DNA of 64,000 nt from Isurus oxyrinchus (Eukaryota), in assembly GCA_026770705.1 (NCBI GenBank), contig JANJGN010000003.1:230640001-230704000 (forward strand). Reading direction: 5' to 3'. The notes under the pieces are model-generated. The model saw nothing but the letters and a program-made list of their open reading frames with translations. It made no database searches and was not told the DNA's origin. Both the position numbers and the translations under genes were made by a program. This document shows, in pieces, positions 25,331-39,111 of this stretch. Every line of letters starts with the position of its first letter. The first letter of the stretch is position 1.

Positions 25331-27829
25331 TTCAATTACCCAGTTGGGATAAGGAACTCAGTAAAGTGTTTCTCACTGCTCTTGGGGGAAAGTGTCTTTG
25401 CTGCAAAAAGACTATCCTTTAGGGAGTATATTAATGCAGCAGAAATATACTCGAATGGTGCCAGAAATGAGGGGTTTCAGTTACATGGAGAAACTAGAGA
25501 AACCTGGGCTAGTTCTCCTTTGAAAAGAGAAGATTAAGGGTAAGATCTGATAGAGATCGAAGGGTTGTGGTGGAGTAAATAAGGAGAAACTGTTTCCTTT
25601 GACAGAAGGGTTGGTAACCAGGGAATATAGTGATGGGCGAAAGAAGCAGAGGTGACGTGAGGGGAAAAAAATTACACAGCAAGTTCTTGTGATCTGGAAT
25701 GCGCTGCCTGAAAGGGCGATGGAAACAAATTCAATAATAACTCCAAAAGGGAGCTGAGTAAACACCTGAGTTGGAAACATTTGCAGGCACTGGGGAAAAG
25801 AGTAGGGAAATGGGACTAATAGGACAGTTCTTTAAAGGAACCAGCACAGACGATGGACCAAATGGCCTCCTTCTGTTGCGTATCATTCTAAAACATCATC
25901 TTAGATAACCACTTCTCTTGAACAGGAATTTTAAAAATACGTAGGCCCAGAGTATTCAACAGCAAACCCACAGGCAGGATTCTGCTCCATGGTGACATTT
26001 GTAATTTAAAAATATTCCGAAGAGCATTATAGGGCCTCGAGGTCTTGACAGGGTAAACACTAAGGGGTTGTTTCTCCTGTCCGGGGAATCTAGAACATGG
26101 AGTTGCAGTCTCAGAATGAAGCATTGGCCATTTTGGATTGAGATGAGGAGAAATTTCTTAACTCAAAAGAATTGATCTTAGGAATTCTCTATCCCAGGAT
26201 CAGTCACTGAATATACTCAAGGCTAAGCTCAATAGATTTTTGAGCATTAAGGGAATCAAGGGATCTGGGGATAAGAGGGAGATGGTGGAGTTGAGATCGA
26301 AGATCACCCATGATCTTATTGAGTGGCAGAAGGGACTTGAGGACTGTATGACCTACCCCTGCTCCTTTTTCTTATATTCTTAAAGTATTTTTAAGCTGTT
26401 CTTATCCTGCAAAAATGACTAAGCAGCCACGCCTGTGAGCATTCTCCCCAAAGGTGAAAGGTTCTTCACCCTCATGTTAATTAACCACCTGAAAGCTCAC
26501 AACAAAACACAAGAAATTATAACTGCAAAACATGGATTTTATTTTTCTAACGCTTTTGCAGTCAGAGGAGAGCTTGCTTCCTTCGACATAGCGATGTTTA
26601 CTTAAAATCTGCTAGAAAGCAAGAGATAAGGCATGAAGTCTAAATGTGAAACATTAATTTTTGTATCATTGCCCATAACATCGTGGTTCACAAGTGATAC
26701 AGTCGCAAAACAAGTTCCATGGATAATCCTCATCAGTGAACTAGAAGTATCATACACTCCCCCATTACAGAGTTTATTTGCAATAGAAACAGTGACTGTT
26801 TTTTGACAGCAGACACAATGATCGGGCCAAGGACACAACACTGAGAACCCCTGCAGCAACCGTCCTGCTATCATGGCGGGATCACCATATATTTGCCAGG
26901 TACGTAAGTAAATTGGATTTAGGAATTGGAAAAACCTGGTTGAAATTTGTGAACGATACCGAATTGGAGGGTAGAGCTAACAATGTGTAAAGCTACACCA
27001 AAATTCAGGAAGACACAAACACACTTGCACAGTGGGTGGATAAATGACAAATGTGATTCAATATAGCAAAATGCGTGGTTGCCTTGTATGCTACGGTTTC
27101 CTCCATGTCACTCAACAGTAGTTTGGCTGCTTCGAGTGCTACTCCACATTAATCTGACTTGTGAAGTGCCAAGCTTGCAAAGACCCTCTAAAACGCTTCC
27201 AAAATCATCCTTGGCCGTTTCAAAATTGGAAATAAAAACTTTTAAATCGTAACCCAATTTACAATCTTGCTGCAGAAAAGATACCACAGCCCTCAGGCGA
27301 TCAGGGTTAATATCATTTGTCGCCTTTGACGTATCCCAGCATAAAATCACACCATTAATTGCAGCACCTATTTGTGGCTCAAGAGTCTTAATTTCAGCTG
27401 GCTGGCTGTAGGGGATGCATTGGCCAATATTTTCCTACACCCATCACTCCCTCATACAGACTATAATAGATCCCAGATGCATTAAATAATGTATGAAACA
27501 AAACATTACAAATACAGATTAGAATGCTTATTCTTTAGAGGCTGTGGACAGGAATGGTAGGGAGAAATAAATCCAGCTTACTTTATGGATATGGCAGCTA
27601 TCCTTAAAAGTTCCACACACTGTTCCAACATATGACAGCCCTAGAAACAGCAACAACAAATATTGCATTTGCTTTCAAATTTTAATTTTTCTTCCCTCTT
27701 TTCTCCCCCCAGGGCATACATCACTGTCAAAAAATGGTGGAAAAGCAACCAATTTTTGGGCCACCATTGTTGGTGTTAACCCTAGCAGCTGCATGATAAT
27801 CTTCCCTTTCAGTGATCCTTATTGTTTGG

Positions 27830-28135
27830 CAGCACCCTCCAAATCCATGACCACTATCGTCTAGAAGGACAAGGGCAGCAGATACACGGGAACACCACCA
27901 CCTGGAAGTTCCCCTCCAAGCCATTCACCATCCTGACTTGGAAATTACTTGCCATTCCTTTACTGTCATTGGGTCAAAATCCTGGAATTCCCTGACAGCA
28001 CTGTGGATGTACCTACACCACGTGGACTGCAGCGGTTCAAGAAGACAGCTCACCACCATCTTCTCAAGGGCTATTAGGGAGGGGCAATAAATGCTGGCAC
28101 AGCCAGCGAAGCCCACATCCCGTGAACAAATTAAA
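27830..28135 (+). mobile_element. LINE 3' end (family of 22855-25155)
   Basis: Reverse complement of 22860-23000 and 46360-46620; ends in an A-rich tail. Confidence 0.7.
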
Positions 28136-29679
28136 AAAATCTAGCTGTTAATAACACATAGCAATATAATGCTCTGCACAGCTGACAAGGTAACTGAAGA
28201 CATATCAAATCTGTAACAGAAGGAATATTATTACAGCGCTTATTCAGTGGCAGCAGTTCTACTTATTTGTCACACAGCACTGATTGTGAATATTAAATGA
28301 TACTTCTGTCTACCCTGACAAATTCTTCATGATCTTAAAACATCTATCAAATCACCCCTAAGTTTTCTCTTTTCCAGTTTATTAAAAATGTGCTGTTTGT
28401 TATGGAGAATTGAGAATAACTTAAATTCTGAAGTTCTGGAGCCAACTTATCAGAGGCAGTTCAAAATTAGACCTCACGCTGGAAGGGAGCCCAGGCTATC
28501 ATCTTTGTCAAGAGGTTACATGAGTTTACAGTTTGTTATTAATTGCACAATGTTCAGCACCATTCGCAACTCCTCAGATGTCCTTATCCAAATGCAACAA
28601 GACCAGGACAATATCCAGACTTGGGCTGACAAGTAACGTTTGCATCACACAAGTGCCAGGCAATGACCATCTCCAACAAGATAGAATCGAACCATTGTCT
28701 TTTGACATTCAATGGCATTACCATCACTGAATCCCCCACTATCAACGTCCTGGGGGTTACCATTAATCAGAAACTGAACTGGGCTAGCCATATAAATACT
28801 GTGGCTACAAGAGACAGGTCAGAGGCTGAGAATCCTGTGGCAACCAATTCACCTTGACCCTGCAAAGCCTGCAGAAGAACACTCTCCACTTGCCTGGATG
28901 AGTACAGCTCCAACACTCAAAAGGAATTTGAGGGTTTACAACTGATCTTCACTCTTCCCCAAATATTTTTGTGGCTGTATCTACAAATATTTTTGTGGCT
29001 GTAAGTATTAATGAACAACTCAAAGTGAGATAAGAGAGCTATAAACTTATTTATTTGTGCATACTACTGTAGCTATTAAATAACAGGAAGACCGGAGTCC
29101 ATTTAAAGCATTTGTTCTTCATTTTCAGTTCACGTGGATGGAATAGGGTTCACTAAATCAGCAAGGTTCACACAGATTTAGGGAGAACTCTCACTGAAAT
29201 AGAGATGCTAGGCTGGACACATGAATATATTCAGCCTGTAACAAAGGAAGATTTGCCCAGTTAGCTTGGGTTTCATTTGAAAGTGAATTCTTGCTTTTAG
29301 TAGCAGCAGCTGAATGGTGCTTTGGTTGCCTTTTTGAAGTACTGGTAGGGAATTGAATAATCTATATTCCATTTATTTATGTACTTTATGTAGAATAAAG
29401 CCAGTTTGTCTTACAATTGTGCTGTGTCTTACAAATGATTTTCAGCCTGTCTTCTGTAAAACAGATAAATACACATGATGGCACATATGAGATGACTGTA
29501 GCTAATAGATTCAACGGTTCCATTTTACTGGACCTGGCTCATGCTATTGTTTAACTAGATATTGGATGATAAAAACACCTTCTAGATAGTAAGGTGCACA
29601 AGGTCCACTTATGAATACGCTGACAACACTCAAACCAAAAGAATATCGTGTGCAAACTTGCTTAAATTTTTGAGACACC

Positions 29680-30455
29680 TATGAACATACAATTTGATAG
29701 CAGAAGTCAGCCATTTGACTCCTTGATCCTGCTCCAACATTCAAAAAGATCATGGCTGATCTGATCGTGGCCTCAATGCCACATCCTGCCTACCCCCAAT
29801 ACCCTTTGACTCCCCTGTTTGTCAAGAATCTATCTACCTCTGCCTTAAAAATATTTAATGACCCTGCCTCTACTGCTGAGGAAGAGTGTTCCACAGACTA
29901 ATAACTTTCCCAGAGAAACAAGTTCTCATTTACATTTTAAATGGGATGCCCCTTATTTTTAAACTGTGTCCCTCTAGTTCTAGACCCTCCCACAAGGGGA
30001 AACATCCTTTCAGCATCCACCCTGTCAAGTCCCCTCAAGTCTTATTGAAACTTATAAGATCGCCTCTCATTCTTCTAAAATCCAACGGATACAAGCCCAA
30101 CTGTCCCAACTTTCCTCATAACTCCTTCCCAGGAATGGGTCGAGTGAATCTTCTCTGAACTGCTTCTAATGCAATTATGTTCTCCTTTAAATAAGGAGAC
30201 CAAAACTACGCGCACCACTCTGGATGTGGTCTCACCAATATCCTGTACAACTGCCAACAAAACATCCCTGCTTTTATATTTCATTCCCCTTGAAATAAAC
30301 AACAACATTCTATTTGCCCTCTTAATCACTTGTTGTACCCGCATGCTAACATTTGTGATTCATGTACCAGGACACCCAGAACCCTCTGTACCTCAGAGTT
30401 CTGTAATCTTTCTCCATTTTGTTAGCATGCTGCTTTTCTATTCTTCCTGCCAAGG
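29680..30455 (-). mobile_element. CR1 LINE 3' fragment
   Basis: QQVIKRANRMLLFISRGMKYKSR peptide and a CR1 tail. Confidence 0.8.
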
Positions 30456-31106
30456 GACATTGGATGCTTTCTATATAACCGGGTATAATTTGGGCAGTGA
30501 AATTATAGAATATGTTGAACAGTACAAAAGACCATTATTCATATGGCACATTCTCCACAGGCATCAGATGTAGCCTTCATTACTCAAAGAATGTCCTCAT
30601 TGGATGTTATGACAGAGGGCAGAAAGATCATTTAGTCAGGGAAGGGGAGTCTGGATTGAATGGCATTGTGAATTGGAACAATATCCTTTCAATCAAGGAT
30701 ATGGTTTAAGAAGATGGCACCAACAGAGGCAATGAAAATATTGTTACGGACGAATCCTGTGATTTGATAGTTTAGGGATTTTCAATCTATGTTTGAGTGG
30801 GACTGACTCCCAATCCCAAAATTACCCTTATGATGCAAAACCTGGCACAACAGTCCAAGTGTGGTAAGCAACGTCACAGCGGTGAGAGTCAGTCTGACAA
30901 CCCGCTTCATAAGCAAGATGTCTAATAAACCTGAGGCAAGTGCATTTAATGAGACTTTTCACTTACGGGGGACAACTTGCCTCCAAATTGCAGTACGAAA
31001 TGGATGCAATTTCCCATTTGTTTTTATATGTAATTTATTTCAGGGAAAGTATATAAACTTCCCAACAAATTCTCTCCAGCTACACATACAGTATTTTAAA
31101 TAAATC

Positions 31107-31112
31107 TTTATT
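31107..31112 (-). terminator. Polyadenylation signal AATAAA for EXOSC7 (very short 3' UTR)
   Basis: AATAAA on the minus strand 26 nt after the TGA, followed by U/GU-rich sequence. Confidence 0.65.
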
Positions 31113-31138
31113 AGTGAGAAGTATTTATACTGCAAAAG

Positions 31139-31243
31139 TCAACCAAGAAATCCAACTTTTTGGCGTTTCCTTCCTAAACTTTCTTCTTTCTCCAAGGTGG
31201 TCTGTAATGATTCATGCAACGCTTTCCCAACTCGGTTTCCTGT
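31139..31243 (-). CDS. EXOSC7: EXOSC7 exon 8 (last coding exon)
   Basis: (ct)n-cag|TGNRVGKALHESLQTTLEKEESLGRKRQKVGFLG*. Joined CDS is 876 bp = 291 aa, the same as human. Confidence 0.96.
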   Translation of the reverse strand, partial: TGNRVGKALHESLQTTLEKEESLGRKRQKVGFLG

Positions 31244-32089
31244 CTGAGAGAGAGAGAAAGAGCAGAAAAAAAGGTCAACTTCATTCTGGAATGAAAAAAA
31301 GCGTAACTTAGGAGCAATTTTCCAAGTTGGCACTGGAGCCTCCTGTCACCTGGACTTGCTTGGAAACCCTTCCCTTAATCCTAATCGTGTTTTAAAGACA
31401 AGTATAAATCTCAGACCACAGGACATTGAAAATCTGATCAACAAGGACATGAGGGAATTCCAGGGGAATTCTTTCATTGTTTTTAACCACTTACAAAGAT
31501 GGAGAAGATGGACAGGTACACATTTCCTGAACTATAAATAACTAAACAACTCTAGAAATATTTGAAAAATTGGTTTGGATTAACTTATCTTCCCAACATT
31601 TTCACCCTTTCTGCCACCTTCCCCCAACACACATTCTCCAGATTGAGATTTCACTATATAAGAATGGGCATAAAACAAAAATGTAATTCCAGGGACAAAC
31701 GTCTGACAGTCAGGTATTCCTGACTGCACCGATCTCTTCTCTGGGCATGGGATCCCTCTCTTTTCTTTAATCTTCCCCTGGCCTTCAACAAAGGTACTCG
31801 AACCCAACTATTAAGGAGCACCCAGGAAATTGTTCACTAAGATTTCATCCCTCTGTCCATGAACATCATAGGGCAGAGGTCTGGAGCACAGTAAATGGAC
31901 TCTGCGGTGCATCATTCTATGAAAACAGGTACTGTTACTCCAAACTGTGCTTGAACGAGTTTGCAATCAAAATTTCATATATTACAAAGGAGGCAGTTCC
32001 ATTGCTGGGGTGGGGAGGAGAGTGAAGATCAGACAATGGCTAAAGTATTCCTGTTTTCAAATATTTGGTGCTAAAAACAGTGAAAACAG

Positions 32090-35000
32090 GGACAAGCTCA
32101 TAAGCATTTAGTATTGCCTTTTTTACTACCTCGTAGTCTGCAGATTGTTTCTCTGATAAGCAAGCATACACATTCGTGGCTGCACCTGACAAAACACAAC
32201 ATCATAGTCCAAGCATCTCTTGGCCAATTCAATTTCATAGCTATTGTCTCAAATGAGGTGAAATACCTTTCAACTCCACCCTCTGTAAATTTAAGCACCA
32301 ACTGAAGATTTTTAGTTAAATCAAATTCCTCAAAGGAATCAAAGTCACCATCTGAATCACCATTTCTCCTTTCTTTCTTTATTCTAAGTTTTTCCTTAGC
32401 CAGGGAATGCTGTCTGACCTCCTTCTCTCACTGATGTCCAAGCTTTCGCATTTCCATTTCTTGTGCTTTTTTCCTTTTTCTTGCTCCCTTTTTCCACTGA
32501 AACTTTTTCATTTGTCTTTCAATCTATCCCTTTCTTTTCCTTTCTCCTTTCTTTCTAAATCAAATGTTTTCATTTCTCTTCCAATTCAATTATTTTCATC
32601 CCTTTCCTCTAGTTCAAGCCTTTCCCTCTTTCTATATCAAGCTGCTTCATTTGCAACTGAAGTGTTACTACCTCCGTCTGTGACACACTAGTTTCGGGTG
32701 TTTCTTCCAACTTTAAATGCTGGGCAAGTACTTTAACCATTTTATTCCCATCTGCACTCTATCTGCTAACTCTCTCAACTCAGAGGTTTCAAATACTCCA
32801 CAGTCGTACCCTCCCACTCCCAGAAAAGTTTGAGCAGCTGCCAAAGCCACGTTGCAGTCCAGCCACTTTAACATCCCTCGACACAAAACTTCCCGAGTTC
32901 AGTACTCTCCTCGTATCCTTTGGATTCACAAAACTCCAAATATTTCAAGGAATTTTAAATCTCGCAAAGAGCCCCCTAATTTGTTACGACTGTGGCTGAT
33001 GTTATTTGCTGAGCAAGTCAAATCCCTGAGGGAAACTTGTCTTACTGATTATAACTTTTTTTTTGTATTCTGAAAATGAGGGGAAAACTACTGATCTCAG
33101 AAGCATAGAATCCCAGTAACATTTTTAGGACTTTAAATTTTAAAAAAATGTATTAACAAGAAGCAAAACAACTTAAACCCACAAGATGAAAATTAGATAG
33201 TTGAGACAGTCTTACAAAACAATCCCCAAAAAAACCCACTTGGTGAGGACACATGAGTAAACTACTTGGCAACAGGTCCCTTATAGATTTTAACCATAAA
33301 AATCCAGTAATATTACCCAAGGCAAAAACTGCTGCTATTTTAATAAAGTATCCCACACGACTTCTCACTCTCTTCCACTTTTGTTATGATCCCAGCTGAT
33401 GTTACTACTGGGCAAGTCAGATCCCAGGGCGGGACCTGGCTTGATGGATCCTAATTTGAATGAATGAATAAAACATTTATTAAACAAGAAAAGATGGACT
33501 ATATTACAATACTCCTTCACCCACAACTATACCTTTATAGATATATACAAATTCGTAAGGATAACACAAGTTATAAATTCTATCTTACATTCTAATATTC
33601 CAGTAAGTACACAGTCCATGTAAACCAATAGGCAACCTGTGGTCAAAGATACCACACTCTGAAACTAAGTGACAGATGCTACCTCAAACAGACTCTATGG
33701 ATCTCTCATCAACTCCCCCCAGACGCTTGCCACACCATGAGCCAACCAGTATCACTGAATTTCGTCTTTCACACAAGGGCTTTCAATCTCCATTCTCGAA
33801 GAGCCCGCTTTGGAATCTTCTCCTAAATGGCGCTCTCTTGGACGCCTTCCACAAGGGTCCACCTCCAGGGTTTCAAACTCTCTTCCGATGTTCCTCTCCC
33901 CTGGATCGCCTTGTGCATTTAAGACTTGCCTTCCATGCACTCTCTCAAATGCTCAGCTATGCCAACAGAACACCACTGTTTCACATGCCCAAGGGAAAGG
34001 GTTACAGATCTTTGGCTGTCTCCTTGGATCTTCTAGCTTCTCACAAACCTATTTTGCTTTAAGTCTGCATCTTGCAGCTTTCTCGCTTTAAGCTTGGAGC
34101 CTTCTTCTCTGCTCCTCACTCTTAACCACTTAACAGGACCTTTTCCAGATTCCCATTCTTTTCCTTTAACTAGAAGGTCTCATTCACTGGTTTCTGGGAC
34201 CTTCTCCTGTTCTAATGGGAAATCTGCTTTTTGCAGTTCCCTCTCCTTTCCAGCTACTCCTGGCTCCAACTGAACTAAAAACCTACTTTTCTGTTTTTCT
34301 CTGTCTCTGTGGGTCCCTCTCTCTGGACCTCTGCTGCTAGACAACAGCACAGTTTTTTCTACCTTGTGTTTGTTTTCACCTCCTTCAAGAGTCATAAAAT
34401 CTCATTAGAATGCAGGTATCTTTTAAAGTGAAACTAAAACCACCAATACAGAAACACAAATTCAATTTAAACTTAGAAGATATACCATATTCCTAACACA
34501 TACACACAACTTTCTTAAAACTATCTCTAGTTCCTAATACTCTGCTGTGGAATAAAACCAAAGTAAGTTCAGGAACAGACTGTTCTCTGAAAACAAAGAC
34601 TTCTGTGACTTGAAATTGGATGGCTGCTTCAAATTCATAACTTTTCTCAGCACATAGCTGGTCTCAGGACATCTCCCCCACACAGCCAACACAACTCAAC
34701 TTTGCTCAAATATCCTTTGCCCCATTGATCTTAGGCCCCATTGTTCTAAGCAGCTCTTTGAATTCATTTTTTCCAAAATATAAAAAAACTCCCATGTTTT
34801 CCTAATGCCTCCACTTTCAGGTTAAATAAAATTTAATAAGCTTCCCTTGTTTACCTATGAAAACTTTGTAAGTTGTAGAAGTCCCTCATCACTTCTAAAC
34901 TCCCTTTGAAATTTAACAGCTAAAAAGTCTTCCTTACCTAGCACCTAATGCAAATTTTAAAACCCTACCTATTTACTTGTACATTCAACTTCACCATAGC

Positions 35001-35140
35001 CTCTCATCTAGCAACTTTACCTTTCAGCTCTCTGCTCCCACAGCCTTTACTAACCTTCTCCCAGTTTAATTACTTGCACACATACACACCCTTCTGTACA
35101 CCATATTTCAAAAATATTTGAAAAATAACATCTTCATAGT
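32090..35140 (-). mobile_element. Gypsy (Gmr1-like) LTR retrotransposon relic: 5' LTR (~35140-32982), primer-binding site and degraded gag
   Basis: The LTR ends GTAACA at 32982, followed by tagggggctc.. resembling a tRNA-Pro PBS. gag-like peptide VLKFTEGGVERYFTSFETIAMKLNWPRDAWTMML is preceded by a Glu/Lys/Arg-rich coiled-coil tract. The far LTR boundary is approximate. Confidence 0.65.
33382..34539 (-). mobile_element. Solo LTR nested in the Gypsy LTR
   Basis: Reverse-complement homolog of 56544-57849 along its length; 4-bp flanks cttt/ctct. Confidence 0.75.
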
Positions 35141-36454
35141 GATCCCCACCCTGCAACCCCAACACAAGCATAAGCTCCTGCCCACAAACAGCCTGAACTT
35201 TCTCCAATGGGAATACTAGTTAAAGAGCTGGCAATATGTCCTTACAGGTATTGTGTTAACTAAAACATGATACAGCTAATGCACAATAATGTTTCATTAG
35301 TAACAGTTCAATCTATGTTCAAGAGTTGGTGGGGGGGGGGGGTGTAATTCAGAGCACAGCAGCTTAAGGGAGCAACTTTAAGGAGATCTGCAACCCTCGC
35401 TTCCCATTTGCTTTCATAGAAAGCAAATAAAAACATGCTCTTGCTTCCAGTGTACAAGCTCACAGGCAGCCCTGCTCAGGGAGCTTAAAGGTTGCGACTT
35501 TGACAATGGGACCTTTTGTGCAGGTGGTTATAATTTCAAGGGTGGATATATTGCACTGCAGTGCAATATTAATTTGCAAATTATGCAGGAAACCAAATTA
35601 TATTAGCCTCCAGACACATGTGTCCAAATCAAAATGACAGCGAAAAGAATGCTGCTCTGCCTGGAAACAAGAGCTGGCAAATTGAGCAGTCAAGTTAGAA
35701 CAAAATGTTACGCTGTACAAAACAACAGCTGGAAGTCTTCAGCTGTCAAGTGGAATGGCAATTTCACCATTACAACTACCAGTGATGTATACAGAAGCAG
35801 CAGTGTATTTCTTCTTCTTTGCCATCACAACTGATGCTATCAGAGTCATTCAGTAACAGGAAAAAAGGGCTAGCCAGCATTGCTAACAGTACTGTGTACT
35901 GGTAACAAATTAGGCCCCATTTTTAATTCACCATGTTAAGATTCGAGATATGTTAACGTGAAACAAGTAAGCAACATCTCATTCATTTGGAAGTCTGAAA
36001 CATTCACAGTGGGAGCTCCTTTGAGGAGAGGCAGCAGAAAATTACATTTGTCCCGTGTACAGATGCAGCACCCGGGTGTTGCAAACACCTAGCTGATGGT
36101 GCTCTTTTGATGACAGATTGAAATCTGCAGCTACAGCCAGCCAGCTTGTTAAAGTAAGTGTAATCTGACAGGTTGCATATTGGTGAGAAACAGATTCACA
36201 GCTGGGATTTAGCAAACTCCTGGTCTCCAAAGAACTGCAAAATTAAAGCGAGTTATTTTCACACCCATAATGTTCTCACACACCACTGAGAAACCAGTCG
36301 GAGCAGACGTGATGGTAGACTGATCAGCCCTTCAGTTGGGGAATGGCGAATGATATAACAGAAGCTGAAGGGGTGATTTCATCCATACTTATGCACAAAC
36401 CAAACCCAAATAGCCAACTGCAATCATGTTGCATAGCGGGATTTCATTGGCAAA

Positions 36455-38825
36455 TTAAGATAAAGAAGAATGAATGTGCTTATGACAGGTGTCAGTTGGA
36501 AAATACAATCAAGAACCAAGTGGAATACAGAAGGGTCAGAGGAGAGGTGAAAAAGCAAATAAGAGAAGCAAAGTGGGATTATAAAAAAAGACTGGCAGCC
36601 AACATAAAGGGGAATACCAAAGTCTTTTATCGGCGCACAAATAGTAAGAGGGTGATAAAAGGAGAAGCTGGGGCAATTAGGGACCAAAAAGGGGAATTAC
36701 ACATGGAGGCAGGGGACATGGCTGAGGTGAATGAATTAAATGAATACTTTGCATCTGTCTTTACCAAGGAAGCAGGTGCTACCGAGGCCATGGTGACAGG
36801 GGAGGAAACTCTGTCACTAAAAACGTTCAAAATTGATAAGGAGGAAGTGTCGGATAAACTGTTGGCACTCAAAAGTGACAAGGCGCTAGGGCCAGATGAG
36901 ATGCGCCCAAGGATATTTAAGGAAGTAAGAGTGGAAATTGCAGGGGCACTGGCCATAATCTTTCAGTCATCCCTAGACTCAGGGTGCCAGAGGACTGGAG
37001 AATTGCAAACATTATATCCTTGCTCAAAATACATTGTAAGGATAAGCCCAGCAATTAAAGGCCAGGCAGTTTAACTTTAGTGGTAGGGAAGCTTCTAGAA
37101 ACAATTACTCGGAATAGAATTGGCAGTCACATGGAAAAATGTGGGTTGATTAGGAAGATCCAGCTTGAATTTCTAAAGGGGAAATTGTGTTTAACTGACT
37201 TGGAGTTCTTCGACGAGGTAACAGAGAGGGTTAAATGAGGGTAATGCTGTTGATGTGGTGTACGTGGATTTTCAAAGGACAGTAGCAACGTGGATGCAAT
37301 ATTGGCTGAATAATAGGAAACAGAGGGTAACGGTCAATGGATATTTTTTGGGCTGGAGGAAGGTCTGTAGTGGAGTTCCACAGGGGTCCCCAGGTATCGG
37401 GGCCCTTGCTTTTCCTTATATATATTAATGATCCAGATCTTGGTGTGCAGGGGACAATTTCAAAGTTTGCGGATGATACGAAACTTGGAAGCATTGTAAA
37501 CTGTGAGGAAGACAATATAGAACTTATTCGCCACAGGATTCCTAGTCTCTGACCTGCTGTTGTAGCCACAGTATTTATATGGCTAGCCCAGTTCAGTTTC
37601 TGGACAATGGTAACCCCCCAAGACTGTTGATAGGGGATTCAGCAATGCTAATTCCATTGAATGTCATGAGGCAATGGTTAGATCTTCTCTTGTTGGAGAT
37701 AGTCATTGCCTGGCACTTGTCAGCCCAAGCCTAGATATTGTCCAGGTCTTGCTGCATTTGGACATAGACTGCTTCAGTATTTGAGGAGTTGCGAATGGTG
37801 CTGAACATTGTGCAATCATCAGCAAACATCCCCACTTCTGACCTTATGATAGAAGGAAGGTCATTGACGGAGCAGCAGAAGCTGGTTGGGCCGAGGCCAC
37901 TAACCTGAGGAACTCTTGCAGTATTATCCTGGGACTGAGATGATTCACCTCCAACAACCACAACCATTTTCCATTGTGCTAGGTATGACTTCAACCCTCA
38001 TTCCCATTGACTGCAGTTTTGCTAGGGCTCCTTGATGCCACAGTCAGTGAAGTGCTGCTTTGATGTCAAAGATAGTCACTCTCAGGTAGGTGACAGATGA
38101 AGTTCAATGCGGGGAAGTGTGGGGTGATGCATTTTGGCAGGAAGAACATGGAGAGGCAACATAAAATAAGGGGTACAATTCTTAAGGAGATGCAGGAGCA
38201 GAAAGACTTGGGTGTATATGTGCACAGATTTTTGAAGGTGGCGAGAGCAGTTAATAAAGCACATAGTATCCTGGGCTTTATTAATAGGGGCATACGGTAC
38301 AAGAGTAGAGAGGCTACGCTGAACTTGTATTGAACACTAGCTGGACCTCAGCTGGAGGTCTAGCTGAATACAGTTCTGGATGCCACATTAGAGAGAGTCC
38401 AGAAGAGGTTTACAAGAATGGTTCCAGGGATGAGAAACTTCAGCTATAAGGATAGATTGGGACTGATCTCCTTGGAGAGAAGGCAGCTAAGAGGAGATTT
38501 GATAAAGGTGTCCAAAATCATGAGGGGGCTGGATAGGGAGAAACTGTTCCTGCTCGTAAAGAATAGAGAACGAGGGGACACAGATTTAAAGTGATTTGCA
38601 AAAGAAGCAAATGTGATGTGAGAGAAACTTTTTCACACAGCGAGTGGTTTGAGTCTAGAATGCACTGCCTGAAAGAAGTGTGGTGGAGGCAGGTTCAATC
38701 AAGGGCATTAGGTGATTATTTGTTTCTATTCACGTTTCTATTCAATGTACCGGGAAAAGGCAGGATAATGGCATGAACACAATGTTCATTCAGAGAGCTG
38801 ATGCAGACACGATGATTCTGTGGCA
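36455..38825 (+). mobile_element. CR1 ORF2 fragment interrupted by an antisense LINE fragment (~37525-38085)
   Basis: LAANIKGNTKVFY..LNEYFASVFT..KALGPD, LLFLIYIND..ISKFADDTKL, MKFNAGKCGVMHFG. The insert encodes VNDLPSIIRSEVGMFADDCT on the minus strand. Confidence 0.8.
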
Positions 38826-38955
38826 ATGTTTGGCTAACTGCACTCAAAACCCAAGGCAACACAAAACGTGGGAGAAATGAAAGGTGACTACCAAGTGATT
38901 GAGCTGAATGAGAACAGAGGCTATCCAATCGTTCAATTAAGTCATCAATCCATAC

Positions 38956-39111
38956 CTCTAACATTTCAAAGATGCTTGCTGGATCCAAACTGCCTCCTCC
39001 AACTTTCCTGAAGCAAGTGATGGTCCCTTTTCTGGTGACAGAGACCAACAGGCTGGCCATACAGCAAGCTTCCTCTTGTGAGGTGGCATCAACTACATGC
39101 CTGTAACCGAT
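38956..39111 (-). CDS. EXOSC7: EXOSC7 exon 7
   Basis: ttccacag|IGYRHVVDATSQEEACCMASLLVSVTRKGTITCFRKVGGGSLDPASIFEMLE|gtatg; 156 bp. Confidence 0.96.

Noticed and set aside
26880-26900. Plus-strand peptide PYICQ resembling the tetranectin C-terminus (possible paralog fragment)
   Set aside because: Only five residues match, upstream sequence has no C-type lectin motifs, and the frame has a nearby stop.
28960-29003. 20-bp near-tandem duplication caaatatttttgtggctgta
   Set aside because: Ordinary slippage or repair duplication with no further structure.
36343-37074. 243-aa ORF as a host gene
   Set aside because: It is the CR1 ORF2 linker between endonuclease and RT, frameshifted downstream.
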